DNA from: an uncultured delta proteobacterium
GTDB taxonomy: Bacteria; Desulfobacterota; Desulfomonilia; Desulfomonilales; Desulfomonilaceae
DNA: 64,000 nt
NCBI GenBank assembly: GCA_963789265.1
Contig: CAWBKB010000001.1
Coordinates: 1,920,001 to 1,984,000, forward strand
Direction: 5' to 3'
Below, piece after piece: positions 11,553 to 19,932 of the stretch. The translations under genes were made by a program, and so were the position numbers. Within the stretch, counting starts at the first letter, position 1. Every line of letters starts with the position of its first letter. A model generated the notes under the pieces. It ran no database searches. It was not told the origin of the DNA and saw nothing but the letters and a program-made list of their open reading frames with translations.

Positions 11553-12992
11553 ATGGCCATGAAACACAGAGTCCTGATCATGAAGTGTGACGATTATGAT
11601 CCCGCGAGGATTGCCGGCATAATCAAGGAAGGGATGGAGGAACTCGGCGCAAAACCGCGCGGAAAGGTCCTGCTCAAGCCGAATTGCGTCATCGCGGATC
11701 CCGAGTTGTTTCCGCATGCCTTTACGCGCAAAGAATTCATCGAGGGGACAATAGCGGCCTGCAAAGAGAAAGGGACGGCCATAACAGAACTCTCCGTCGG
11801 GGAGAGATCCGGCATCACGATTCCTACACGCTTCTGTTTCAGCAAGGCAGGATATACTAAGATCCTCAAAAAACACGGAGTCAAAACCTACTATTTCGAT
11901 GAAGCGAGACAAATTCCGGTAAAATTGTCTCATGCAAAACGCCTACGAGATCTGATATTCGTTCCTAAGCCTATCATCGAGTCCGACTTCCTCATCAATT
12001 TGCCAAAATTCAAGGCCCATCCGTGGACCAGACTGACTTTGAGCCTCAAGAACTTCATCGGCCTGCAGGATGACCGACACCGGTTGGTCGATCACAACAG
12101 TTTCCTCGAACATAAGATCGCCGATCTTCAAGAAGTTATTCAGCCGAGTTTCATAGCTATTGATGCCATCATCGCGGGACAGAAGATGATGCTGACCCCC
12201 ACACCTTTCTCAATGGGCGCGATAGTCATGGGGCTGAACTCATGCGCGGTAGACACGGTCGGCTCCCACATGGTCCACGTAGAACCCCGGGATGTGATTC
12301 ACCTCAAACTTGCCGCAGAAAGGGGCTACGGCCCGATAAGCCTCGATGAGATCGAGGTGAGCGGGGATTTCCCGCTTAATGAGGTTCGCGACAGAACTCG
12401 GAACTTCGAACTATGCATGCAGCATATTGATAAGTACTTCGGTGAAGAGAGCAACCTGACTTGCACAGTGGGGACCTTTCCCGAGGATCATTCCAAGGAC
12501 TACTGCTGGGGAGGCTGTCCGGGCGCGCTTCAAGAATCTATGCACATATTTCAGAAGTACTACCCCGATGTGCATAACGAGATGAAAAAGGTAAGGTACG
12601 TTGTTGGAAAGGTGGAAGGGCCGTTAAATCTGGACCCCGATGAAAAAGTAATTTTCGCGGGGGATTGCACCGAATGGAGCGGGAATATAAATGGCGAACG
12701 GGTCAAGATCGAGGGCTGCTACAAGACTACCGCCGATGTGGATGCGAAAAATACCAAGTCCAATGACATGATTTTGAAGATTTTCGGGCCTCTCATTCAC
12801 TGCTTCAGGAATCGTTCGTCAAGATACATTCGTGCAAAGGGGTGCCCCGTATCGGTAGGCGCTCACGTGAACTACCTGTCGTCTGTAGGCAGGATCAAGA
12901 ACGCGAATTTTGACCCGAGAAACCTTCTTTCCGTTAACGTGGCGTACTGGCAGATGCGAACTGCTCGTTTTTTAAATCGTCTATTCGGGTGA
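11553..12992 (+). CDS. DUF362 domain Fe-S protein with C-terminal Cys-containing extension
   Basis: VLLKPN, INLPKFKAH, TLSLKNFIG, AVD motifs; C-terminal CWGGCPG, GDC, GCP. Confidence 0.8.
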   Translation: MAMKHRVLIMKCDDYDPARIAGIIKEGMEELGAKPRGKVLLKPNCVIADPELFPHAFTRKEFIEGTIAACKEKGTAITELSVGERSGITIPTRFCFSKAGYTKILKKHGVKTYYFDEARQIPVKLSHAKRLRDLIFVPKPIIESDFLINLPKFKAHPWTRLTLSLKNFIGLQDDRHRLVDHNSFLEHKIADLQEVIQPSFIAIDAIIAGQKMMLTPTPFSMGAIVMGLNSCAVDTVGSHMVHVEPRDVIHLKLAAERGYGPISLDEIEVSGDFPLNEVRDRTRNFELCMQHIDKYFGEESNLTCTVGTFPEDHSKDYCWGGCPGALQESMHIFQKYYPDVHNEMKKVRYVVGKVEGPLNLDPDEKVIFAGDCTEWSGNINGERVKIEGCYKTTADVDAKNTKSNDMILKIFGPLIHCFRNRSSRYIRAKGCPVSVGAHVNYLSSVGRIKNANFDPRNLLSVNVAYWQMRTARFLNRLFG

Positions 12993-13188
12993 TAGAGGGC
13001 ACAGGACAACTCCCCATCGCTTTGGGCATGTGCTCTCGCAACCACGGTATCCCGAATAATCAACGCAAGTCCCGGCTGACCGTGGAAAGCAATCCATTCA
13101 ACGCCGTGGGGCCAGGATCATAGTACGGAGTTCCTAGCATCAGAGCGCCAAGGCGGTTGATTCTCGGCCTTTAACCTCGAGGCCTCTC

Positions 13189-14247
13189 GTGACCAATCCC
13201 GCGACAAGGAAACTCAGCGCAAAGCAAATCCTCGCGGACATTCGCTTGGGAATGGATCCCTCGGAACTGAAATCCAAGTACAGGCTGTCCGAGAAGGCAC
13301 TTCAATCCGTTTATAAGCAACTGACTGCCGCGGGGGCATTGACCGAAAGTGAAATGCCTCGCTTGCAACACTTGGACAACCGGTCCGAAGCGTCACACCA
13401 ACTGCCTGCCGAGCCCAAATGGCGATGCCCGGCCTGTAATGCTCCGCGGGAAGCAGAAGTAAGTGAGTGCCCTGCATGCGGCGTTGTAGTGGCGAAGTAT
13501 CTGGCTCGTCAGGGAGAAGGAAATCACGTATCCGGCATCCCACGGCATGTCACGCGGAATGCAGATTATGGCGGCGGGAAAGGCTGGATGTCCGTCATTT
13601 CGAGCATAGCGGTTTTTTTGCTTTTAGGAGGTGTCTTGCTGATCTGGTCCACGCATCAAATCCGGGAGAAACCTGACGTTGCGGCATTGGGCCTGAGAGT
13701 TCAATCCTCTGCCGAAGATAGGGGCGAAGCAGATCAACCTGAAAATAACACGAGCAAATTGGAAAGCACGAGCATAGACGCTGCCAGAATCAAAGAAGAA
13801 GAAAGCCTGACCCCAAGTGCGGCCACGCAACCACACGCTGAGATCCCGGTGGAGCCTCCTGCCGACAGAGACGCACCCCCTCCCAAAAGGCGTCCGCCAA
13901 GCCTTAAGCCTGCCGAATACCAAACCGGTGTGTTGAGGCACTTTGCCTCCAGAGATTTCAAAAAGCAAGTTGTAGAAGCGTCACACACCTACCCGGTTCT
14001 GGTCCAGTTTTACAGCGACAGGTGAATGCCGTGCAGACGGATGGCATCCGTCCTTAACCAAGTCGCAGAAGAGACCAAAGGCCGGGCGGTGATAGGATTG
14101 ATCATGATAACGGATAGGCCGTTGGTTCAGGCATTTAGAATTCACCGGATACCGACGATTTTCGTGGTGCGAAACGCTGAAATCACTGCATCCTTTGTGG
14201 GGCTCGTCCCGAAATCGACGATCCAAGAAGCGTTGAGAGGCTCTTGA
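13189..14247 (+). CDS. Probable selenoprotein: N-terminal helical domain, zinc ribbon, TM helix, linker, thioredoxin domain with UxxC (TGA at 14023-14025)
   Basis: ORFs 13189..14025 and 14026..14247 are in the same frame and abut at a TGA. Readthrough gives PVLVQFYSDR-U-MPCRRM...IHRIPTIFV, a complete thioredoxin fold with the cis-Pro motif. Zinc ribbon CPAC...CPAC. Confidence 0.85.
14023..14052 (+). promoter_or_regulatory. Bacterial SECIS-like hairpin directly after the in-frame TGA
   Basis: TGA, 10 nt, then GACGGAT-GGC-ATCCGTC (14036-14052): perfect 7-bp stem with G leading the apical loop, 17 nt after the TGA. Confidence 0.7.
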
Positions 14248-14399
14248 ATCATGTGGGAGCCACAAGCGCCGAACGTATTTCTCCACCTTTGCGATATTGA
14301 TTAATATTTGGGTTTTTGTTAGCATCAAGTCCCTGCAAAGGCCGACGAATCGATGACATCGGCATCCCGGAATTACGACCGACAGCAAGGTTCTGACCC

Positions 14400-15884
14400 A
14401 TGAGCAAGGCGACCTTCAAGATTCGCCGAAAGATTATTCTCGCGTTTCTTTTTTGTTTCTTGTCCGTTCTAGTCTTCGCGATTCTCAGTCTTCAAAATCA
14501 TAGAGAGATCAGCCATAGACTGCGCCTGGTGGAAGTCGCGGATGATTTGGTAAACAACATCCTGGAAATACGGCGATTTGAAAAGAACTTCTTTCTGTAT
14601 AAGCAGCACCAAAGCCTCGAGGAAGCGGCATCGTATGTGGACAGAGTAGCGAAGCTTTACAAGGAACACGAAGAAGACATTCTGAGGCTAACCCAGAAAG
14701 GTACAGAATCTCAATTTCGAGCAACACTGGCCGATTACAGGCAGACCCTTTCACAAATTCGAGCCGGCCTGAAATCTGCAAGCGGGACAACGCCACGCTC
14801 CGACATTTCCGGATTGGAGGAATCTTTACGGGGGACAGGCCAGAAGCTTCTGGATATAGCGGGACAGTGGACCAAGCAAGAACGAATAAAGATCGACCGG
14901 CTCTTCCGCAGCACCCTCTATCTATTCGTCGTCTCCATGTTATTCTTCTGTTTCCTCGGAATATTCGTGGCTCTGTACATCTCAAGATTGATGACCGGCC
15001 CATTGATCCAAATGCAGCAAGCCATGGAAAAGATCGCTGGAGGTGACTTCACTCCTATCCGCCAAGATGAACACCGCTCCGAGGAATTCCTGCCGTTATT
15101 TCGGGCTTTCAATAGAATGATACACGAATTGGAGGAACGGCAGGAGCAGCTTGTGCAAGCAAGGAAGATCTCGGCCATCGGGACTTTTACCTCAGGAATT
15201 GCCCACGAACTTAACAACCCGGTCAATAACATCGTTCTTACCGCCGAAGCGTTCGAAGAGGATTTTGACCAACTTGACCACGATGAGGCCCTGGGAATGA
15301 TTCAGGATATTCTGGCCCAGGCGGACAGGGCTTCGAAGATAGTGAGGAATCTGCTTGACTTTTCCAGGTCGGAACGCCCCGAAATGGTGACAATCTCCAT
15401 TTGCTCGGTGATTGATGAGACTCTCAAGCTGGTCGGCAATCAGATGCTGGTTTCCAATGTAGAGGCAGAGAAGCACATCCCCGCAAATTTTCCCTCTGTA
15501 CATGGCGACTACAAAAGTCTCCAACAAGTATTTTTAAACCTCTTTATCAATGCCGTCCACGCAATGCCCTATGGGGGAAAAATGAGCATACGAGGCTATC
15601 TGTCCAATGGCGACCGATTTCTCCGCGTGGAGGTATCCGACACTGGCATCGGCATTGAGCCTGAGCACATTCCACATATTTTTGATCCATTTTATACTAC
15701 GAAAGACGTCGGAAAAGGTACCGGTCTGGGACTTTCGGTCACCTACAGTATATTGCAAAAGCACGGTGGCACCATCGAAGTCCGGAGTGAGAAAGGACGA
15801 GGAACGACTTTTACCGTCATTCTTCCTGCTGAGTCCACTAAAATACAACCGTCCGGAGCAGGCCATGCGTATAGCGGTGGTTGA
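14400..15884 (+). CDS. HAMP-domain sensor histidine kinase
   Basis: Two TM helices flanking a periplasmic region, HAMP, H-box GIAHELNNP, N-box, DTGIGI, FDPFYTTK, GTGLGL. Confidence 0.93.
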   Translation: MSKATFKIRRKIILAFLFCFLSVLVFAILSLQNHREISHRLRLVEVADDLVNNILEIRRFEKNFFLYKQHQSLEEAASYVDRVAKLYKEHEEDILRLTQKGTESQFRATLADYRQTLSQIRAGLKSASGTTPRSDISGLEESLRGTGQKLLDIAGQWTKQERIKIDRLFRSTLYLFVVSMLFFCFLGIFVALYISRLMTGPLIQMQQAMEKIAGGDFTPIRQDEHRSEEFLPLFRAFNRMIHELEERQEQLVQARKISAIGTFTSGIAHELNNPVNNIVLTAEAFEEDFDQLDHDEALGMIQDILAQADRASKIVRNLLDFSRSERPEMVTISICSVIDETLKLVGNQMLVSNVEAEKHIPANFPSVHGDYKSLQQVFLNLFINAVHAMPYGGKMSIRGYLSNGDRFLRVEVSDTGIGIEPEHIPHIFDPFYTTKDVGKGTGLGLSVTYSILQKHGGTIEVRSEKGRGTTFTVILPAESTKIQPSGAGHAYSGG

Positions 15885-17205
15885 CGACGAACTCATAGTA
15901 AGAACACGACTTCAAGCGGCACTTGCCAAAGAGGGTCACATTGTACAGACCTTTGGTTCGGGCGAGGAGTTCTTAGAGACCCTTGAAGAGGTACAATACG
16001 ACCTGACGTTTCTGGACGTCCGCCTTCCCGGAGCGAACGGCATCGAGGTCCTCAAGCAAATTAGATATAGTTCTCCCGAGATGCAGGTCATTTTGATCAC
16101 AGGTTATTCATCAATTGACTCAGCCATCGAGGCGATAAGACTTGGAGCCTTTCACTATGTTTCCAAGCCCTTCAAGTTGGAAGAAATCAGAAATCTCGCT
16201 CGCAAGGCATTGGAACACGCTAGGTTGCTTGCGGAAAATCGAGAACTAAAAGCATGGCTGGAGCCTGACGGCAGCGGAGAGGAAATGATCGGCGGGAGCC
16301 CTATCCTGAAGGAAGTCTTTCGCCTCGTTAAAAAAGTTGCCCCTCTTGATTGCAACGTCCTGATTCAGGGAGAAAGCGGAACAGGGAAGGAATTAGTAGC
16401 TCGGTTGATCCACCGAGAAAGTCGGCGTAGTGAGCGGCCATTCGTGGCATTCAATTGCGGAGGTTTCGCTGAGGAGCTTATTGCCAGCGAGCTTTTCGGG
16501 TACGAGCGCGGAGCATTCACAGGGGCCTCGGCCACCAAGATAGGGATACTCGAAACCTCGCATGGGGGCACAGCGTTCATGGATGAAATCGGCGACATGC
16601 CTCCGACCATGCAAGGGAAGCTGCTACGAGTGATTCAGGAAAGACAGATCATGAGGGTCGGAGGCAACAAACCGATTCAACTGGATCTCAGATTCATTGC
16701 GGCTACAAACAAGGACCTTAAACGAGTCGTTCAGGAAGGAAGATTCCGTGAAGACTTGTTTTTCCGTCTAAACGTGGTTCAAATCAAGCTCCCAAGCCTC
16801 ATGGAACGCAAAGACGATATTCCTATTTTGATTCGCTACTTCCTGAAAAAATACTCGCAAAAGTTCTCCAAGAGAATTGGAGGGATTGATTCGGCCGCTC
16901 AACAGATTCTCCTTTCCTACACTTTCCCGGGAAATGTGAGAGAATTGGAGAACATTATCGAGCGAGCCGTGGCCCTGGCTGAACATGAATCCGTGACCGT
17001 GGATGACCTCCCCTCGGACCTTCGAGAATATTCAATAATCCCTTACGGCAAATGGCCTACATTGGAAGAGCAAGAGCGTGAGTATCTGGAGAAGCTTCTT
17101 GCCTCAACGAAATACAATCTTGGGCAATCGTCCAGGATAGCGGATCTTCCTCGGACGACCCTCTGGCGAAAGATGAAGAAGTACGGGCTGTCCAAACCAA
17201 AATGA
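15865..17205 (+). CDS. Sigma-54-dependent response regulator (NtrC/AtoC family)
   Basis: Receiver VVDD...FLDVRLP, Walker A GESGTGKE, GAFTGA, FREDLFFRLNV, Fis-type HTH RTTLWRKMKKY. Confidence 0.95.
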   Translation: MRIAVVDDELIVRTRLQAALAKEGHIVQTFGSGEEFLETLEEVQYDLTFLDVRLPGANGIEVLKQIRYSSPEMQVILITGYSSIDSAIEAIRLGAFHYVSKPFKLEEIRNLARKALEHARLLAENRELKAWLEPDGSGEEMIGGSPILKEVFRLVKKVAPLDCNVLIQGESGTGKELVARLIHRESRRSERPFVAFNCGGFAEELIASELFGYERGAFTGASATKIGILETSHGGTAFMDEIGDMPPTMQGKLLRVIQERQIMRVGGNKPIQLDLRFIAATNKDLKRVVQEGRFREDLFFRLNVVQIKLPSLMERKDDIPILIRYFLKKYSQKFSKRIGGIDSAAQQILLSYTFPGNVRELENIIERAVALAEHESVTVDDLPSDLREYSIIPYGKWPTLEEQEREYLEKLLASTKYNLGQSSRIADLPRTTLWRKMKKYGLSKPK

Positions 17206-17496
17206 AACTCAAGGTTTTTTTCCTAAACCGTTTCGCAAAGACGGTTTTCTCGTTCCCAGGCTCTGCCTGGGAATGCCTGTCAACGAGGCTCTGCCTCGAC
17301 CACGATAGTGAAATAAAGGCAGCTTGCGGGCAGAGTCCCGCGAGACGCGGGATTGGGAACCAGAGCTCCAACTATTTTTGTGGAACGCTCTCTACCTGGT
17401 CCACTTTTTTGCGACGGCCTCCAGGCTGCGCCCAGGGCACCGCATGCGGTGCCCCTACTTTCAAGAAACAACTGCAATCTTTCGATTCAGAATCAA

Positions 17497-17576
17497 GTTT
17501 CACAATGAAACATCACCTTTCCGCGTCCTAACTGCTCTTTCCGGACCGATGCATCCGGGTCGTTCCGATTTGAAAC
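17497..17576. promoter_or_regulatory. Two candidate enhancer (UAS) palindromes for the sigma-54 activator
   Basis: GTTTCA-CAA-TGAAAC (17497-17511, perfect palindrome) and GTTCCG-ATT-TGAAAC (17562-17576), upstream of the -24/-12 site. Confidence 0.55.
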
Positions 17577-17640
17577 AGAATTTCTCGGCCTAAGCATCCG
17601 GCCTCGAACTATGTATCTGTTTTTACGGTACATAAATATT

Positions 17641-17656
17641 TGGCACCATTCTTGCT
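17641..17656 (+). promoter_or_regulatory. Sigma-54 (-24/-12) promoter
   Basis: TGGCAC-CATTC-TTGCT matches the TGGCAC-N5-TTGCW consensus, just upstream of the ATG at 17680. Confidence 0.85.
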
Positions 17657-17679
17657 TGATGGAGAGCGGAGAGTTGAAC

Positions 17680-18141
17680 ATGGGCAAGAAAGTCCTAGTA
17701 GCAGTCGATGCCGATTCCGTTGCCTATCACTCGATCTCGTACGGGATTCAGTTGGCGGCTCGAATGGGTTCTCCATTGTCGTTGATCATAGTGGAATCCG
17801 AAGGACGCTCGAGCGAACCCAATCCATCGGACGTTTTGACCGGGGAATTCGACAACAGTCATTATCCCTGGTTGGACAAAGTGCTCAACGAGAGTCAACG
17901 AGCCGGAGTGAAGTTGGAGATTTTTCTCACATCCGGTGATTTGGTTGACGAATTGATCACATTTGTGCGGTCTCAACCTTCTATCCAGTTCATCATCATG
18001 TCGTCGCCTCAGGATTCGGGGACTAAAGAAGGAGCGCCCCAGGGGCCATCGTTGAGGCACCTTCACAGCTTGTTCGAGGGCGAGATACTCCTGGTACAAA
18101 AGGGAGGGCGCATAATTCGGGTTTCTGATCTTCATCTTTAA
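17680..18141 (+). CDS. Universal stress protein-like protein
   Basis: KKVLVAVD start, A..LA..MG..L, G.LVDELI.F; USP fold pattern. Confidence 0.65.
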   Translation: MGKKVLVAVDADSVAYHSISYGIQLAARMGSPLSLIIVESEGRSSEPNPSDVLTGEFDNSHYPWLDKVLNESQRAGVKLEIFLTSGDLVDELITFVRSQPSIQFIIMSSPQDSGTKEGAPQGPSLRHLHSLFEGEILLVQKGGRIIRVSDLHL

Positions 18142-18164
18142 TACTCCATAAAGGAGATCGCGAT

Positions 18165-19094
18165 ATGCATTGGAGCATCTATCTGCCGATTGCCGGAAAC
18201 TCCGTAAACATCCTGATACTTTTGGGTTTAGGCGCGACTGTGGGTTTTCTGTCGGGGCTCTTTGGAGTGGGGGGTGGATTCCTCATGACTCCATTACTGA
18301 TAATGATCGGTATCCCGCCGACGGTCGCGGCTGCATCGGATTCCAACCAGATAGTAGCTGCATCCGCTTCCGCGACTTACGCTCACTATAGAATGGGCAA
18401 TGTCGATTTCAAGATGGGAATTCTCCTCCTGATTGGCGGAGTAGTAGGCGGCACTTTGGGTGTTCAACTCATTAAGATCCTGCGAAGTATGGGCAATGCA
18501 GACTTTGTCATCAAAATAACGTACGTGGTGATGCTGGGAGTGGTGGGCTTTTACATGTTTTTGGAAAGCTTGCAGAGCCTGAGAAAACCTACCGCAGCGT
18601 TCCAAGAAGCGCGACCTGCAAGGCCTTCGCGCTATCTGCGGTTAATTCGGGCCCTTCCCTTCCAAATGGAATTCGCCAAGTCCGGGGTCACCTTGTCGCT
18701 GTTCCTCCCCCTGATCCTGGGAGCCTTTGTGGGCATTCTGGCTGCCATCATGGGCGTGGGCGGCGGATTCATAATGGTTCCGGTAATGGTTTACATGTTA
18801 CGCATGCCCATGCACGTGGTGGTCGGAACAAGTTTGTTTCAGATACTTTTCACCTGCGTTGATGTGACGATAATGCAGTCTGTCACAAACCACACAGTCG
18901 ATCTGGTGCTGGCTATTCTGCTTCTGTTGGGCTCCACCATAGGCGCCCAGTTCGGGGCTCGTTTGAGCCGGAGATTGAAAGGCGACCAGTTAAAAATTCT
19001 CCTCGCGTCCCTGGTTCTGGTCGTGATGATCCAAATATTCCTTGGTTTGATTCTTTCGCCGGACATAATGTTGGCTTATAAGGGGGGAAACTGA
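18165..19094 (+). CDS. TauE/SafE (TSUP/DUF81) family membrane transporter
   Basis: Twice-repeated G(L/I)(F/M)GVGGGF..P motif, many TM helices, YLPIAG N-terminus. Confidence 0.92.
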   Translation: MHWSIYLPIAGNSVNILILLGLGATVGFLSGLFGVGGGFLMTPLLIMIGIPPTVAAASDSNQIVAASASATYAHYRMGNVDFKMGILLLIGGVVGGTLGVQLIKILRSMGNADFVIKITYVVMLGVVGFYMFLESLQSLRKPTAAFQEARPARPSRYLRLIRALPFQMEFAKSGVTLSLFLPLILGAFVGILAAIMGVGGGFIMVPVMVYMLRMPMHVVVGTSLFQILFTCVDVTIMQSVTNHTVDLVLAILLLLGSTIGAQFGARLSRRLKGDQLKILLASLVLVVMIQIFLGLILSPDIMLAYKGGN

Positions 19095-19095
19095 G

Positions 19096-19881
19096 TTGCA
19101 ACTCAAAAGAGATTCGTGGAAATTGGTTATTTTAGTCGCTTTGGTAGCTTGGGGACTCGGATTTCCGTCGCCTGCGATCTCCGAGACAGCAAAATTGAAG
19201 GTCACTCCTCGCCGAATGGCTATTTCCGAGTTCTTCCACGGTGCGCGAATAACAGTTTCGGCTTCTGTGCCCAAGGAGGCAGCCGCAATCATAGAATTCA
19301 AAGGGCCGGGCCTGAAAGAGCAGTTAATGCGCAAAGGACGCCGTGGGGGGCTATGGATGAACGTGGGTGAAATCGAGGTTGAAGGTGCGCCTTCTCTATA
19401 CATGTTCATGAGCACGGATCGAAACATCCTCTCAGGTCCGAGTAATGCGAGTGCTCAGTGGGGTTATCCCGCGCTGCGACATGAAGTGAAATTTTCCGGT
19501 TCTATGCCCGTAGGGAAATCGGATGAGATCTTTACGCAATTCATAAAGCTGAAAGAGAGCGGGGGGTTTTACGGTGTGTTCCCGGGGTCGATAAAGAGGT
19601 TGCACGGGGCCTCCGGCGACTATTCTGCCATCCAGGGCAAAATTCAGCTTCCAAGCAAAATTTTGCCAGGGAACTATGAAATATGCTTGTATGTCCTCAA
19701 TAACGGAAGTTTGACGGAAAAGAAATGTGTTGGTTTTCGGGTAACTATGGAGGGGCTTCCGGCAGTTTTATCTTCCCTGGCCTATCGCCACGCAACTGTG
19801 TACGGCCTTTTGGCAGTGCTTATAGCCCTTGTAACCGGATTTGTCATGGGATTCGTCTTCAAGGGAAAGGGAGCGCATTGA
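19096..19881 (+). CDS. TIGR02186-like membrane protein (usual TauE partner)
   Basis: Signal peptide, F.GA.ITV, RKGRRGGLWMN, C-terminal TM YGLLAVLIAL. Confidence 0.8.
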   Translation: MQLKRDSWKLVILVALVAWGLGFPSPAISETAKLKVTPRRMAISEFFHGARITVSASVPKEAAAIIEFKGPGLKEQLMRKGRRGGLWMNVGEIEVEGAPSLYMFMSTDRNILSGPSNASAQWGYPALRHEVKFSGSMPVGKSDEIFTQFIKLKESGGFYGVFPGSIKRLHGASGDYSAIQGKIQLPSKILPGNYEICLYVLNNGSLTEKKCVGFRVTMEGLPAVLSSLAYRHATVYGLLAVLIALVTGFVMGFVFKGKGAH

Positions 19882-19932
19882 CAGGCCGCCAAGCTTTTTT
19901 GAATTGTATGAGCTATTACCGGATTCTGGGAG

